DNA of 64,000 nt, taken from the IMG/VR virus record IMGVR_UViG_3300046689_000650, one strand, 5' to 3'. How positions within the stretch are numbered: the stretch's first letter is position 1; the number at the start of each line of letters is the position of its first letter. The position numbers and the translations under genes are program-made. The notes beneath the pieces were generated by a model. The model searched no databases. It had not been told where the DNA came from and saw only the letters and a list, made by a program, of their open reading frames with translations. Origin of the DNA: an uncultured virus (IMG/VR IMGVR_UViG_3300046689_000650). Taxonomy: Duplodnaviria > Heunggongvirae > Uroviricota > Caudoviricetes. Positions 18,198-28,821 of this stretch are shown in pieces.

Positions 18198-18409
18198 TGA
18201 ACCAGCAGATCAGCGTGGATGACGCGTTCCCCGTCTACCAGCGGCGGTGCGGTGAGCTCTTCAACGAGACCCTCCTTCTGCGTGCGCAGGTCGAGGTGCT
18301 GGAGCGGCAGATCTCTTCGCTCGAAGCGGAGAGGTCCAGGCTGATGAAGGAGCTTGAGGTCTTCGGGGTCCAGCCGCAGCCGAACGCGCCGGTCACATCG
18401 GAGTGCTGA
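18194..18409 (+). CDS. Small coiled-coil protein
   Basis: Coupled to the upstream GT; heptad pattern. Confidence 0.5.
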   Translation: MMNQQISVDDAFPVYQRRCGELFNETLLLRAQVEVLERQISSLEAERSRLMKELEVFGVQPQPNAPVTSEC

Positions 18410-18599
18410 CCACGCTCATGTCGTAGCGGGTCGCAGTCAGTGCGGTCAGCTCGCCGTTGCGCGAGAGGACTTCCTTCGCCGCGTCGACGAGCGCCTGCTG
18501 GTCGACGCCGAATGCTTCCTCCTCGACCTTGATCGTGACGGTGGCTGTGCTGTCGTTGGCGGTCCGGGCGAACAGCTGTATGTACGGGTAGTCGGCCAT
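18393..18599 (-). CDS. Small protein, last gene of the tail operon
   Basis: AAGGAG RBS; MADYPYIQLFAR. Confidence 0.6.
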   Translation of the reverse strand: MADYPYIQLFARTANDSTATVTIKVEEEAFGVDQQALVDAAKEVLSRNGELTALTATRYDMSVVSTPM

Positions 18600-18609
18600 G
18601 GGGGTCTCC

Positions 18610-19629
18610 TTATGCTTCGCGGTACCAGCCCTGGACGGTGATGAGGCCACCGGTCAGAAGGTCGGCACCCTGGATGTTGGATTCGTTGCTCGTGCCGTTG
18701 TCGACGCGCAGCCGGTCCGAGGTGGCGCCCGTGCCGCCGGTGAAGAAGACGCACTCACCGCCGCGGATGCTGGACGTGGCGTTGCCGTTGGCGCCGATCG
18801 TCTCCGCGTGCAGGGTGAGGGCCTGCCTGCATGTGCGGTCGACGTTGGAGGGCATGTCGATGGAGACGATGCCGGTGCCGGTTCCGGCGGCGTTCACGTT
18901 GAGGTACACGACCACGTAGACGATCTTGCCGAGCTTGTAGTAGTAGCCGGTCTTCGTCGTCCAGGTGACGGAGCCGCCGTTGCTCACCGTGGGGTTGTAC
19001 GTCGTCCATGTGGTCGCGGCGACGGCCAGGTTGCCAGTGACAGACGCACTTCCGGCCACGGACAGGTTGAGGGCCACGGACAGGCTGTCGTCGGTGGCGA
19101 GGACATTGGCGGCGGACCGGTACAGGTTGGTGTCGCGGGATGCGTTGCCCGGCCCGATCTCCAGCAAGCCGCTCGTGTAGACACGGACCCGGTCGAACGT
19201 GTCCGCACTGACGAGCGCGCTGTAGGCGACGTCGGTGCTCGCGGACGCGCTCCGCTGGTAGTTCGTGTTCGCGCTGAGGGATCCGCCGCTGGACCGGGTC
19301 AGGGTTGCCGCGCCGATGGACAGGCTGGAGCCGGTGGCCAGGGTGAGGTTCCCGCCGAACGTGCCCGAACTGTTGGGGATCTCTACCCATGAAGCCGACG
19401 CCGGTGACGTGCCGTTGGAGAAGTACGTCCTGTATGAGGTGTCGGACTCGGCGATCGGCTTGCCGGAGTACGGGCTGCTCGGGCGCGTCGACGAGGTCAC
19501 GATCTGGAAGCCGGCCGCGGCGTCCACGCGGTCCCAGTTCTGGCCGATGTCGGTGGTGTAGGAGACGAGCTCGGACCCGTCCGACTTGGACTTGTAGAGG
19601 GCGAGCCGCGTGGTGGACGGATCAGGCAC
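18610..19629 (-). CDS. Minor tail or receptor-binding protein
   Basis: S/T/G-rich; DTNLYRSAANVLATDD; GYYYKLGK beta motif. Confidence 0.7.
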   Translation of the reverse strand: MPDPSTTRLALYKSKSDGSELVSYTTDIGQNWDRVDAAAGFQIVTSSTRPSSPYSGKPIAESDTSYRTYFSNGTSPASASWVEIPNSSGTFGGNLTLATGSSLSIGAATLTRSSGGSLSANTNYQRSASASTDVAYSALVSADTFDRVRVYTSGLLEIGPGNASRDTNLYRSAANVLATDDSLSVALNLSVAGSASVTGNLAVAATTWTTYNPTVSNGGSVTWTTKTGYYYKLGKIVYVVVYLNVNAAGTGTGIVSIDMPSNVDRTCRQALTLHAETIGANGNATSSIRGGECVFFTGGTGATSDRLRVDNGTSNESNIQGADLLTGGLITVQGWYREA

Positions 19630-20146
19630 TGGGAGCCTCCTTCAACTCGGGCCGACCGGGGACTAGGGGACGCCGCGACCAACCAGTCGCAGCCTTTTTC
19701 AGCGACCGGGCCCGCATCGCCCGCCGCTGCTGCTCCACGTGGCGGCCCTTCGCCGCCACCTCATCCCGGTCCACGAACGCGGCGTAGGCGTCACGGACCG
19801 GCTGCAACGGATCCCCGCCGACCGCAGCCGCCAACTGAAGGCCGTGGCCTGCCGTCTTCGCTGCGGCGATCCGGTCCAGGTGGATTACACGGGCTGCGGC
19901 CGGGGATGCCGCGGTGTGCACGACGGGTTCGTCGGTGAGGTACGGCTCGTGCAGCACGAGGTCCAAGAGTTGGTCGACATCCGTGTGCGCAATGCCGTAT
20001 TCGGCGGCCCGCCATTCCAAAGTGTCGAGCGGGAAAATGTGCAGCACGGGTTTGACGCCCGCCTCGCCCACGTCGATAAAGACGGTCACGATGGGGCCCC
20101 GTGGAGTGTCTTCGACACGTGAGGAAATGATCGTTCGCTTCGTCAT
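19622..20146 (-). CDS. Tail-region protein
   Basis: HIFPLDTLEWRAAEYGI...LHEPY; coupled within the tail operon. Confidence 0.65.
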   Translation of the reverse strand: MTKRTIISSRVEDTPRGPIVTVFIDVGEAGVKPVLHIFPLDTLEWRAAEYGIAHTDVDQLLDLVLHEPYLTDEPVVHTAASPAAARVIHLDRIAAAKTAGHGLQLAAAVGGDPLQPVRDAYAAFVDRDEVAAKGRHVEQQRRAMRARSLKKAATGWSRRPLVPGRPELKEAPSA

Positions 20147-23019
20147 TAGTTGATCCTGTACGCCCACCAGGACAGCTCTCCCGAGCCGCCTGTGTTGCCA
20201 TTGAAGGAACCCGTGAACCCCGTCGATGACCTGGCGGTCACATTCACAGCCAGCGCGTTGGTGGTGGTTTTCGACGGGTCGTAGAGCGTCACCAGAACCT
20301 TCGGTGTGCCTGTGGCCGTGGCCCCGTAGGTGACGATGACGCCGGATGCTCCGCCAGCGCCGGAGGCGTTCATCATCAGCGCGTTCTGTGCGCTGTTGTA
20401 GTAGTCCATTTCGCCCACGATCCTGACGGCGCCATCGGAATGGGTGAAATCGATTCGCGCGTCTTCGTCGTCGCCGATAGCTGTCCCGACTTGAGCTAGG
20501 GCGCTTGTCGCGTAAAAGAACCCCCCGTCAACGCCCGCACGGGTGTAGCCAACAGAAAGGTCATTGGCTGTCGCCTGGAGGTATCCGCCACGGCGGGTCT
20601 GGTCGTCGGCCCGGATCACGGCGAATTGGGCGTTTGTGGTGTTGAGGTAGACGCGGGACACGACCTGGGTGCCCGAGCCGTCGTCATAGGGCGACGAGTT
20701 CATGCCGAGACTGACGTCGGTGCCTGCGCTGAGGGCGTTGATGTAGCCGTAGTCGGTGCCGCTGTTGGCGTACCAGCGGATCTCCGGCAGGTAGGTGGAC
20801 GTCGGGTTGATCTCGATGCGTTTGCCGGAGGTCCCCGATTTGAGGGTGCCGATGATGGAAACGGAGCCGTCGGCCGCTGCGATGGCGACCGTCTGCGTGC
20901 CGGCTGCATCCCAGCAGCCGATGCCGCCCGAGTTGAGCTCGACGCGGGAGCCGGTGTCTGCGGTCTTGATGCGGGCGCCGACGATGAAGTCGGCGCCGAT
21001 CGTGCCTGCGGTGACTTTGGAGACGGTCAGGTCGCTGATGTGGGCGTCGTCGATGAGGAGCGCGGTTGCCGTGGCCGCGTCGCTGGGCCCGGACTTGTTG
21101 CCGGTTTTGTCGACTGCGACGCATCTGACGTAGCGGGCGGAGGTCTCCTCGACCTGCACGGTGAACACGACCGGGATCTGCGCCTGGATCATGCCCGCCG
21201 TGGCGAGCACCTTCCCCTTCAGAGTGGTGGTATCCGGAGTGAAGCCCGGCTCGTAGGAGACGTGGATCTCCAGGTGGTCGAGGTCCGACTCCAGGTTGTA
21301 CGTGCCGCCCGAGCTCTTGCCCAGCGTATGGGTGACCTGCACGGCGATACGGCTGCCCGCCACCGACGGCGCGGCCGGCGTGCTCGGCGGCAGGTTGTCG
21401 GCCGAAGCGACGAACGTCGTCGTCGACGACCAGGCGCCGGTGTTGCCGGTCTTGTCGACGGCGCGGATCTGTAGGTCGTAGCCGATGCCCGGCGACAGGT
21501 CGGTGAGCTGCGCCGTGGTATCGCCCCAGGCCGCGTACACGGTCAGCCACTTGCCGGTGGGTGCGGCGAACGGCTGCCGCCACAGCTGCATGTCCTGCCA
21601 CCGGATCTGGGACACCTGCGACCAGGTCGCCGGATAAATCATGTCGGTGTCGACGGCGTAGCGGACTTCGTAGTGGTCGCCGTCGAGGACCGTGCTGCCG
21701 TCGACGTTGAGGGGTGCGTTCCAGGAGACGATCGTCCGCGCCCGTGTGAAGCCTCGCCCGTCGAGATAGGCGGCGCCTGAGAACGGGGTGACGAAGACCG
21801 GCGTGCCGGGGGTGCTGGTGTCGGCGTTGGGCCGGGTGCCGACGGGTTCGGTGCTGCTGTTGGTGAGTTGGCGGGAGAAGTCGCCGACGGTGACGGTGTC
21901 CGTTCCGTCGGTCTCCCATTCGATGTACTGGGTGAGGTCGATCCACGTGCCGGTCGCGCTGCGGTAGGCGACCGTGTACGCGTCGGTGACCGCCCAACTG
22001 GTCTCGGTGACCTGGAGTTTCAGCGGGTTGAGGCGCAGCCCACGAAAGGTGATCTCGGTGGTCGTGTCGACGAGCCCGGAGTCCGGGTCGTACACCCACA
22101 CCCGGTCACCAACCTGGAAGGAGCCGTGGACGTCGTAGTCCGTGGTCGACAGGGTCAGGGCGTTCCGGGTCGACGTGAACTGCGACAGCGCCAACTGCGC
22201 ACGGGTGGCCGCGTTCGAGGTCGCCGTATCCGACTCGCTGACCAGTCTCGTCAGCTTCAGCGCGTTGCCGTGGATGTCCTTGTACGAGGTCGCCGGGGAG
22301 ATGTCCGCCGAGCCGGTGGCGATGCTCGTGCCCTCGCCCTCGGCCAGCAGGACGACGCGGGTGCTGTAGTCCTCGACGTCCCGGGTGACGTCCGTCGAAC
22401 CGGGCAGCGCCCGCAGCGCCATGTCCTCGCCGGCGCCCGTGGGCAGGATGACGCAGGTCGGGTTCGTGATGAACAGGTTGCTGTCCGGGCCCGCATCGAG
22501 GGTGCCGGTGCCGTTGACGCGCCAGGAGACGGGCACGCTGGTGGTGGACATGGTGTCGCACACGTAGGTGATCGCGGTCCGCGGGGATTCGTACTGGTGG
22601 TGCCCCGTGTACTGGCCCGACACCGAGTAGATGGTGCCTGCGGTGACGGCGCCGCTCGCGGGGAGCAGCATGTTGATGGCGGTGGCGAAGCTGGTGGAGG
22701 CGGGCTGGACGGCGTTCTCGTAGACGTCGCCCTTGCCGTCCTCGTCGCCGAGCCAGAACGCCATCCCCACGCCGCCGACGGAGAGGTCGTCTTGGGGGGC
22801 GTTGGTGCGGCCGTCGTCGCCGATCGTCTTGGTGCGGAGGACACCGACGTAGCGGGCGGTGCTGAGAAGGTTGTCGCCGTACTGGAGCGGGTCCAGTCGG
22901 CCGGGGATGATCGCGACGTGGCCGAAGTAATCCAAGCTGTCGAGGACGTCGCGGGGGGTGCCGGTCTTGAGCTTGACGCCCCACGAGCCGAGGGCTTTGA
23001 GGATCTCCTGGACTGCCAT
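20146..23019 (-). CDS. Large minor tail protein with fibronectin type III-like domains
   Basis: VSWNAP..YEVRY..DLSPG..YDLQIRAVDKTGN; I.DL...K.TAG fibre repeat. Confidence 0.8.
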   Translation of the reverse strand: MAVQEILKALGSWGVKLKTGTPRDVLDSLDYFGHVAIIPGRLDPLQYGDNLLSTARYVGVLRTKTIGDDGRTNAPQDDLSVGGVGMAFWLGDEDGKGDVYENAVQPASTSFATAINMLLPASGAVTAGTIYSVSGQYTGHHQYESPRTAITYVCDTMSTTSVPVSWRVNGTGTLDAGPDSNLFITNPTCVILPTGAGEDMALRALPGSTDVTRDVEDYSTRVVLLAEGEGTSIATGSADISPATSYKDIHGNALKLTRLVSESDTATSNAATRAQLALSQFTSTRNALTLSTTDYDVHGSFQVGDRVWVYDPDSGLVDTTTEITFRGLRLNPLKLQVTETSWAVTDAYTVAYRSATGTWIDLTQYIEWETDGTDTVTVGDFSRQLTNSSTEPVGTRPNADTSTPGTPVFVTPFSGAAYLDGRGFTRARTIVSWNAPLNVDGSTVLDGDHYEVRYAVDTDMIYPATWSQVSQIRWQDMQLWRQPFAAPTGKWLTVYAAWGDTTAQLTDLSPGIGYDLQIRAVDKTGNTGAWSSTTTFVASADNLPPSTPAAPSVAGSRIAVQVTHTLGKSSGGTYNLESDLDHLEIHVSYEPGFTPDTTTLKGKVLATAGMIQAQIPVVFTVQVEETSARYVRCVAVDKTGNKSGPSDAATATALLIDDAHISDLTVSKVTAGTIGADFIVGARIKTADTGSRVELNSGGIGCWDAAGTQTVAIAAADGSVSIIGTLKSGTSGKRIEINPTSTYLPEIRWYANSGTDYGYINALSAGTDVSLGMNSSPYDDGSGTQVVSRVYLNTTNAQFAVIRADDQTRRGGYLQATANDLSVGYTRAGVDGGFFYATSALAQVGTAIGDDEDARIDFTHSDGAVRIVGEMDYYNSAQNALMMNASGAGGASGVIVTYGATATGTPKVLVTLYDPSKTTTNALAVNVTARSSTGFTGSFNGNTGGSGELSWWAYRIN

Positions 23020-23023
23020 CCGT

Positions 23024-24232
23024 CTACCTCCGAACTCCGTAGACGGCCTCTGGCATGCAGGCGATGTACATGTTCCGCAGGTCAGTGGCGGCGTCGCCGG
23101 AGACGGCGGAGCCTCCGCCTGCTGCTACGCCGATCCAGAAGTCCAGGCTGGTGGCGGTGCTCTTCGTGACGCCGCCGTTCGTGTGCGCGGTGAACGAGCG
23201 CGCGGAGCCGACGGCGAACCGGTTGGAGTCGGCATCGTTGGCGGTCGCGGTGACGTACCCGGACGCGGCGAACGACGTGTTGGTCTCCAGGGTGGAGCGG
23301 TAGGCGGCGAGAGTGGCGCTGGTGCCGATCTGGAGGTAGCCCTCGACGAATCTGCTGCCGCGGCGCAGGCTCAGGTCCAGCGTGGCCCGGCCGGGGTTGA
23401 GGCCCTTCACGAGGCGGAGGATGCACATCTCGGGGTCGTTGCGGAGCAGCGTCGCCCCATCCCATGAGGTGATCGACGAGGCGGACCCGGCCACAGAGAC
23501 GTTCCAGAGCTTGGAGTGGTAGGCGCCGCCCGTGTAGGCCTGCACGTCGAGGGTCGCGGACGCCGAGGTGGTGACGTTGACGAGGCCGTTGGTCAGGGAC
23601 CAGCCGGTCGCGGCGAGGGGGACGTCGGCGCCGTAGACCTCCTGGCTGCCGGTCGTGGTCGCCTTCACGCGGCCGACCAGGTAGGCGGTGGGTGCGCAGC
23701 CCCAGCGCGGGGACGTGTTCGCGGGGACGCTGCGGTAGACGGTCATGGCGCCGTCCGCACCGGTGCGGGTCATCGTCGTCGCGTTGGTGCTCCCGGTGTA
23801 GTAGCCGTAGTGGCCGATCGGCGGGGCGTGCCAGCGCTCCCCGGTGAGGCTGAAGTCGTTGAGACGGACGGCGCCGGTCAGCCTGCTCTGGAGGTCGGTC
23901 TCGGCGTCGGACCCGACCCGGTCCAAGGAGACTTTCCAGTCGGCGGTGACGACCTCGCCGAGGTACTCGGTGTACGTCGACGAGGAGGTCTTGACCGTGT
24001 AGTAGCCGTTGCGTTCCGGCTTGTCCGTGAACGTGACGGGGATGACCTGACCCGCGACGAGGGCGTTGATCCCGTCATGCCTGGCGATGACTTGCGCCCG
24101 GGTGAGCGGCGGATACGACTCCTGGCCCTCCAGGTCGAGGCCACGCCCGTCGCCGCCGGACTCGGTCGCAACGAACGTCTCGCGCAGCGGGATGCGGCCG
24201 ATGGTGAGGTCGCCCCAGTTGAAAAGGCTCAT
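23024..24232 (-). CDS. Minor tail (distal tail-like) protein
   Basis: Follows the tape measure gene; ATGA overlap. Confidence 0.7.
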   Translation of the reverse strand: MSLFNWGDLTIGRIPLRETFVATESGGDGRGLDLEGQESYPPLTRAQVIARHDGINALVAGQVIPVTFTDKPERNGYYTVKTSSSTYTEYLGEVVTADWKVSLDRVGSDAETDLQSRLTGAVRLNDFSLTGERWHAPPIGHYGYYTGSTNATTMTRTGADGAMTVYRSVPANTSPRWGCAPTAYLVGRVKATTTGSQEVYGADVPLAATGWSLTNGLVNVTTSASATLDVQAYTGGAYHSKLWNVSVAGSASSITSWDGATLLRNDPEMCILRLVKGLNPGRATLDLSLRRGSRFVEGYLQIGTSATLAAYRSTLETNTSFAASGYVTATANDADSNRFAVGSARSFTAHTNGGVTKSTATSLDFWIGVAAGGGSAVSGDAATDLRNMYIACMPEAVYGVRR

Positions 24233-27200
24233 CGGGCCCTCGCCTTGTCGTAGAGCCGGATGGCTTCCTTCATCTCGGCGACCAGGGCGTTCGCCGCGGC
24301 CCGGCGGCTGGCCGGGCTGGAGAAGTCGAACGTGCCGGACACGGTGATGTTCTCGATCGTGACCCCGCCCCCGCTGCCGGCGGCGAGCATGGCGTCGAGC
24401 TGCGCCGTGTGGTCGGCGGACAAGACCCGCTCGGGCCGGCCGGTCTTGTTGACCGCGAGCGTGGCGCCAGGCTGGAGGAGTCCGCCCTGGTCGTAGCCAC
24501 CGGGCCGATTGAGCGCGGTCAGGCTGCCGTACCGGTGGAGGGCGTAGTTGAGGCCAGCGTAGATGTTCGGCAGGGCCGCGGTCGACGTGCCGTACATGAA
24601 CGGGCCGCTGTTGCGGAACTGGCCGGCGTTTGCCTTGAAGGTGGGACCGATCACCTGCATCAGGCCGACCGACGGTGTGCCGTTCTGCCAGTTGATGTCG
24701 TTGCGGTTGACTGCTGTCGGGTTGCCGCCACTCTCTTGGTTCATGCGGCGCTCGACCGTGCCCAGCCAGCCGGAGGACTGGCCGAGTAGTTGGAGTGCCT
24801 GCCGGATCTGCGGCGCCCACTGCGCCACGCCTGCGCCGGGCTTGTAGTCGACGTTCTGGGCTTTCTTGTCCTGCCTGCCGAAGTAGCTGAGGATCCCGTC
24901 CAACGCCCGGTTGGACATGCCCTTCATGAGGCCGCCGATACCGCCGCCGCCGGGGATGCGGTTGATCAGCGGGCGGATGACCGCGCTGATGGCCTTGCGC
25001 GCGGCGGCTTGGAGGCTGCCGAGGACGGCGTCCTTGGCCCAGTCAGCGGCCGAGCCGAGCGCCCCGGTGACCGTGCCGATGATCCCGCCGCCGCCGAACT
25101 CGGGTACGGGCCGACGCCGGTCCTTCCTCTGTGGCTGGGTGGGGCCGTCGCCGAGGGCTGCGTCGATGGCGCGGTGCCCGCCCATCTTGGCGACCTGCTG
25201 GTTGGACAGGATGCGTTCGCCGGGGGTCAGCATGGCGGGGACGGTGTCGTGGTTCCCGGCGCCGGGGACGATGCCGCCAGTGTTGAAGCCGAGGCTGATG
25301 GCGGGCAGTGTGAGTTTGGAACTGATCGCTCCGGCGATGGTGTTCCACATCTTGCGGATGCCTTGGTTGTAGATGCTGCCGACGACGAACTTGATCGGCG
25401 TGCCGATCTTCGACTTCACGCCGTCCCAGATCGTGCCGAGGGCGTTCTTCAGGTTGGAGAAGGCGCTCTTCATCCCGGACACAAAACTGTTGATCTTCCC
25501 GTTGACCGTCGTGAAGATCGAGGCGACCTTGTCGCGGGCGCTGTTCCACAGTGAGTTCCAGGTATTCGTGACCCCGGTCTTCAGGCCGTTGAAGCCGTCA
25601 CGAACCGTCCTCCAGGCGCCCGTGATCGATGAGTTGAAGCCGCTCCAGAAGGAGTTCCACTTCGTGCGGAGCGACGTCCAGATGCTGTTCCACAGGTTCA
25701 CGAGCCAGTTCTTCAACTCGTTGAAAATCTTCTTCGTCTCGGACCACAGGTGCGCGAACCAGCCGACGATCGCGTTGACCAGGTCCGGGATGATGCTGTG
25801 CCCGACGAGGACGTCGAACAGCCATTTGAAGGCGTCGACGATCACCTTCACGCCAGTCGTCATGGCGTTGACGAACGAGGTGATCCAGCCGATCACCGTC
25901 GTGATCACCGGCACCAGCAGGGCGATCGCAATCGCGAGTACACCCGCCAGCATCTGCGCCAGGCCGGTGATCAACGGCATCAGCGGGGTGATCACCTGGA
26001 GTGCCAAATTCAGCAGGGCCACCGCGAGCTGACTGATCGGCGGGATCAACGGCATCAGCGCGGTCAGCAGCGCCGGGAACATCGGCGCCAGCACACCCAG
26101 GAACTGGCCGACCAACTGCAGCGCAGGGAGCAGCGCGGTGATGACCGGGGCCAGCCCCTTCGCCAGCGCTGCGATGAACGGAACCAGGGCGTCGAGCAGC
26201 GTCTTAATGAACGGCGCGACCGCTTGGATCACAGCGGCGATCAGGTCACCGATCGGCTGGAGCAGCGGCATCACGGCCCGCACGAGGCCGACCAGGACGC
26301 CACCGATGTCCTTCACGACCGGGAGCAGGGCGGTGATGATCGGCATCAGGGCTTTACCCAGCGCCTGAGCCAGCTGCGCGAGGACCGGGCCGAACTGCTC
26401 GGCGAGCTGCGTCACCACAGGGGCGAGCGCGGCGAGGAGCGGCAGGGCCGCCTGGATGACGGCCCCGAGAGTTCCCGCCAGGAGCTTGGCGACCGCGTTG
26501 AGCGCCGTGAAGATGCTGGTCAGCGCCTTCTGCACCTCAGGCATCGCCGTGATCTTGCGGAGCTCCTTGAACGCCGCCCCGATCCCACCCAGCGCGTCAC
26601 CACCCGCTGCGCTCGCGGCCTTCATGATGTTGCCGAGCGTCCCGAGAATGTCGCCGAGCAGGTGGCCGAACTGCTTGGCCACATTGACCGCCTGGTTGAT
26701 CGAGTCCTCAAGCCGGCCCGAAGCGAACGCCGTGTTCAGCTTCCGGGCGATCGTGTCAGCCATCGAGCCGGCAGCCGTGGTGAGGCGCCCGAACGCCGGG
26801 GCTGCCGCGATGGAGACCTGCGTGAGGCCGGTGATGAACTGGGCGGGGAACCGGCTGAGAGGCTTGAGGTCATGGTTGAGGCCGGCGAACATCTGCCGGA
26901 GCTGGCCGGTCTTCCCGAGGTGGGTGACTGCGTCGGCGGCGTTCTTGGCCATACGGTTCAGGACCGTGGCCGTACCGCTCAGCCCGGTCTTCAGCGACGG
27001 CAGGATCGCCGTCGACATCGTCGTGAACTTCTGGCCTAGCCCGGCGAACAGGGCGTTCTGTACGTCCAGCTTGAGGCCGCGCCACGCCGCACGCTGCGCG
27101 ATCACAGCGTCCACGAAAGCGCGGGCGTTCGGCGCGAGCTTCGACATCGCGTCGGCAACCTTGCTCGTCGCCGTGGCACCGGCGGTCTGCGCCTCCGCGA

Positions 27201-28821
27201 GCGCCTGAGCCGCCTCCTTCGCTGCCTCCTGCGCATCCTTGATCTGCCGGGCCCCGTCCGTGGCAGCCTTCGCCGCGGCGGCCTGGGCGTCGGCGACGTC
27301 ACGCTGGGCTTTCGCGATGCGCTGCGCCCCATCAACCTGCGCCCGCGCGGCCTCGATCTCGGCGTCCGTCAGGGACTGGGTCTTGTCCTTGACCGTCTGG
27401 TTCGCGTCGGCGATACCTTGCTTGGCCTTGGCGACCTTGTCACTGCCCTCGACCCCGGCGGCGTTCGCGGCGTCCGTCTGGTCCTGCAGGCGCTGCGTCT
27501 CGGTCTGCTGCTCGGTCAGAGCCTGCAGCGCCTTGTCGTACTGCAGCTGTGCCTTGTCGATCTCCTCCTGTGTCGCCGCCGCACCCTTCGCCTTGACCTT
27601 GGCGAGCTCCTGCGTCGCGTCCTGGAGGTCGAGCACCTTCTGCCGCTGGTCCAACTGCGCGTCTGAGAGACGCGCGTTGAGGTCTTCCAGCTCCTGCCCA
27701 GCCTCCTTGCGGGCCTGTGTGAGGTCGAGCTGTGCTTGCTTCGCCGCGCGCTGCGCGTCCGCGAGGTCCCGCTCCGCAGACGCGACGGACTCGGCTCCGC
27801 GCCGGTTGGCGTCCGCGACATCGGAGACGGTGTTCTTCAGGTTCTGCTGCGCGTCCTGAATGTCCCGGGCAGCCTTCACCCTGGCAGCAGCCGCGTTGAC
27901 CTCGGCATCCTTGACCGCCTGCTGCGCTTTCGCCAGCGAGCGTTCGGCTGCCTCGACCTTCTTCGCTGTGGCAGCGGCAGCATTGCCACCCGACACGGCC
28001 GGCGCGAACGCCTGCTTGAACGCGGCCCCGAGCCCCGATGTGCCGAGCTTGATGGCTGCGAACGCGGCGCCCAAGGAAAGGACCGCGGGTACAGCAATCG
28101 CGGCGGCCGGGCCCATCTGCATGATGGCCTGCCCCAGCGAGGCCAGCGTGGGGAGTGCCTGGAGGGCGAGGCCGACGACGCTGGTGAGGGAGCCCTTGAT
28201 AGCGGAGAATGCGCCGGACAGGCCGCCACTGAACATCGAGCTGATCCGGGATGCGGCGCTGCGGTCGACATCGGCGCGCACGTTGACGGTGCGGTTGCGG
28301 GTCAGGGTGTCGAGGCGGCCACGGGCGGCGGTGTCGTTCAAGTTCACGCCGACGGTCATGTTCCGGCGGCGGGTCAGGTTGGCGAGGGAGTCGGCGGCGA
28401 CGCGGGTGTCGACATCGACGCCGATGCGGACCTGCTGTCGGCGGACCAGGTTGCGCAGCTCATCGGCAGCGACCCGAGTGTCCGCGCTGGCCCGGATGGT
28501 GACCATGCGTTCCTTGGTCAGCCGGTCGAGCTGCGCCTTGACCCGGTTGAAGGCCGCATCGCTCATCTTCGGGCTGACCGTGACCTCGATGTCGGTCAGG
28601 CGCAGCCGGGACAGGGCCGACTCGTCCAGCTTGATCTTGACGTTGGCGATGCGTTCGCGGGTGAGGCGTTCGAGCTTGGCGAGAGCGTCCTTGTCATCGA
28701 GGTCGACGCCGACCTTGACGACGGTCTTCTTCGACTTCAACCGCTGCATCGCACGGTCGTAGGCGGACTCGTCGGCACTGACCTCGACATAGCCCTCAGC
28801 GATCCTGAACGATCCCGCCAC
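24229..28821 (-). CDS. Tape measure protein with C-terminal lytic transglycosylase domain
   Basis: 1530 aa, Ala-rich coiled coils, W/F 11-residue repeats, ESGGNP...GLMQ. Confidence 0.95.
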   Translation of the reverse strand: MAGSFRIAEGYVEVSADESAYDRAMQRLKSKKTVVKVGVDLDDKDALAKLERLTRERIANVKIKLDESALSRLRLTDIEVTVSPKMSDAAFNRVKAQLDRLTKERMVTIRASADTRVAADELRNLVRRQQVRIGVDVDTRVAADSLANLTRRRNMTVGVNLNDTAARGRLDTLTRNRTVNVRADVDRSAASRISSMFSGGLSGAFSAIKGSLTSVVGLALQALPTLASLGQAIMQMGPAAAIAVPAVLSLGAAFAAIKLGTSGLGAAFKQAFAPAVSGGNAAAATAKKVEAAERSLAKAQQAVKDAEVNAAAARVKAARDIQDAQQNLKNTVSDVADANRRGAESVASAERDLADAQRAAKQAQLDLTQARKEAGQELEDLNARLSDAQLDQRQKVLDLQDATQELAKVKAKGAAATQEEIDKAQLQYDKALQALTEQQTETQRLQDQTDAANAAGVEGSDKVAKAKQGIADANQTVKDKTQSLTDAEIEAARAQVDGAQRIAKAQRDVADAQAAAAKAATDGARQIKDAQEAAKEAAQALAEAQTAGATATSKVADAMSKLAPNARAFVDAVIAQRAAWRGLKLDVQNALFAGLGQKFTTMSTAILPSLKTGLSGTATVLNRMAKNAADAVTHLGKTGQLRQMFAGLNHDLKPLSRFPAQFITGLTQVSIAAAPAFGRLTTAAGSMADTIARKLNTAFASGRLEDSINQAVNVAKQFGHLLGDILGTLGNIMKAASAAGGDALGGIGAAFKELRKITAMPEVQKALTSIFTALNAVAKLLAGTLGAVIQAALPLLAALAPVVTQLAEQFGPVLAQLAQALGKALMPIITALLPVVKDIGGVLVGLVRAVMPLLQPIGDLIAAVIQAVAPFIKTLLDALVPFIAALAKGLAPVITALLPALQLVGQFLGVLAPMFPALLTALMPLIPPISQLAVALLNLALQVITPLMPLITGLAQMLAGVLAIAIALLVPVITTVIGWITSFVNAMTTGVKVIVDAFKWLFDVLVGHSIIPDLVNAIVGWFAHLWSETKKIFNELKNWLVNLWNSIWTSLRTKWNSFWSGFNSSITGAWRTVRDGFNGLKTGVTNTWNSLWNSARDKVASIFTTVNGKINSFVSGMKSAFSNLKNALGTIWDGVKSKIGTPIKFVVGSIYNQGIRKMWNTIAGAISSKLTLPAISLGFNTGGIVPGAGNHDTVPAMLTPGERILSNQQVAKMGGHRAIDAALGDGPTQPQRKDRRRPVPEFGGGGIIGTVTGALGSAADWAKDAVLGSLQAAARKAISAVIRPLINRIPGGGGIGGLMKGMSNRALDGILSYFGRQDKKAQNVDYKPGAGVAQWAPQIRQALQLLGQSSGWLGTVERRMNQESGGNPTAVNRNDINWQNGTPSVGLMQVIGPTFKANAGQFRNSGPFMYGTSTAALPNIYAGLNYALHRYGSLTALNRPGGYDQGGLLQPGATLAVNKTGRPERVLSADHTAQLDAMLAAGSGGGVTIENITVSGTFDFSSPASRRAAANALVAEMKEAIRLYDKARAR

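Noticed and set aside
18393..23019. Diversity-generating retroelement or invertible tail segment
   Set aside because: No reverse transcriptase, TR/VR pair or flanking invertase sites seen
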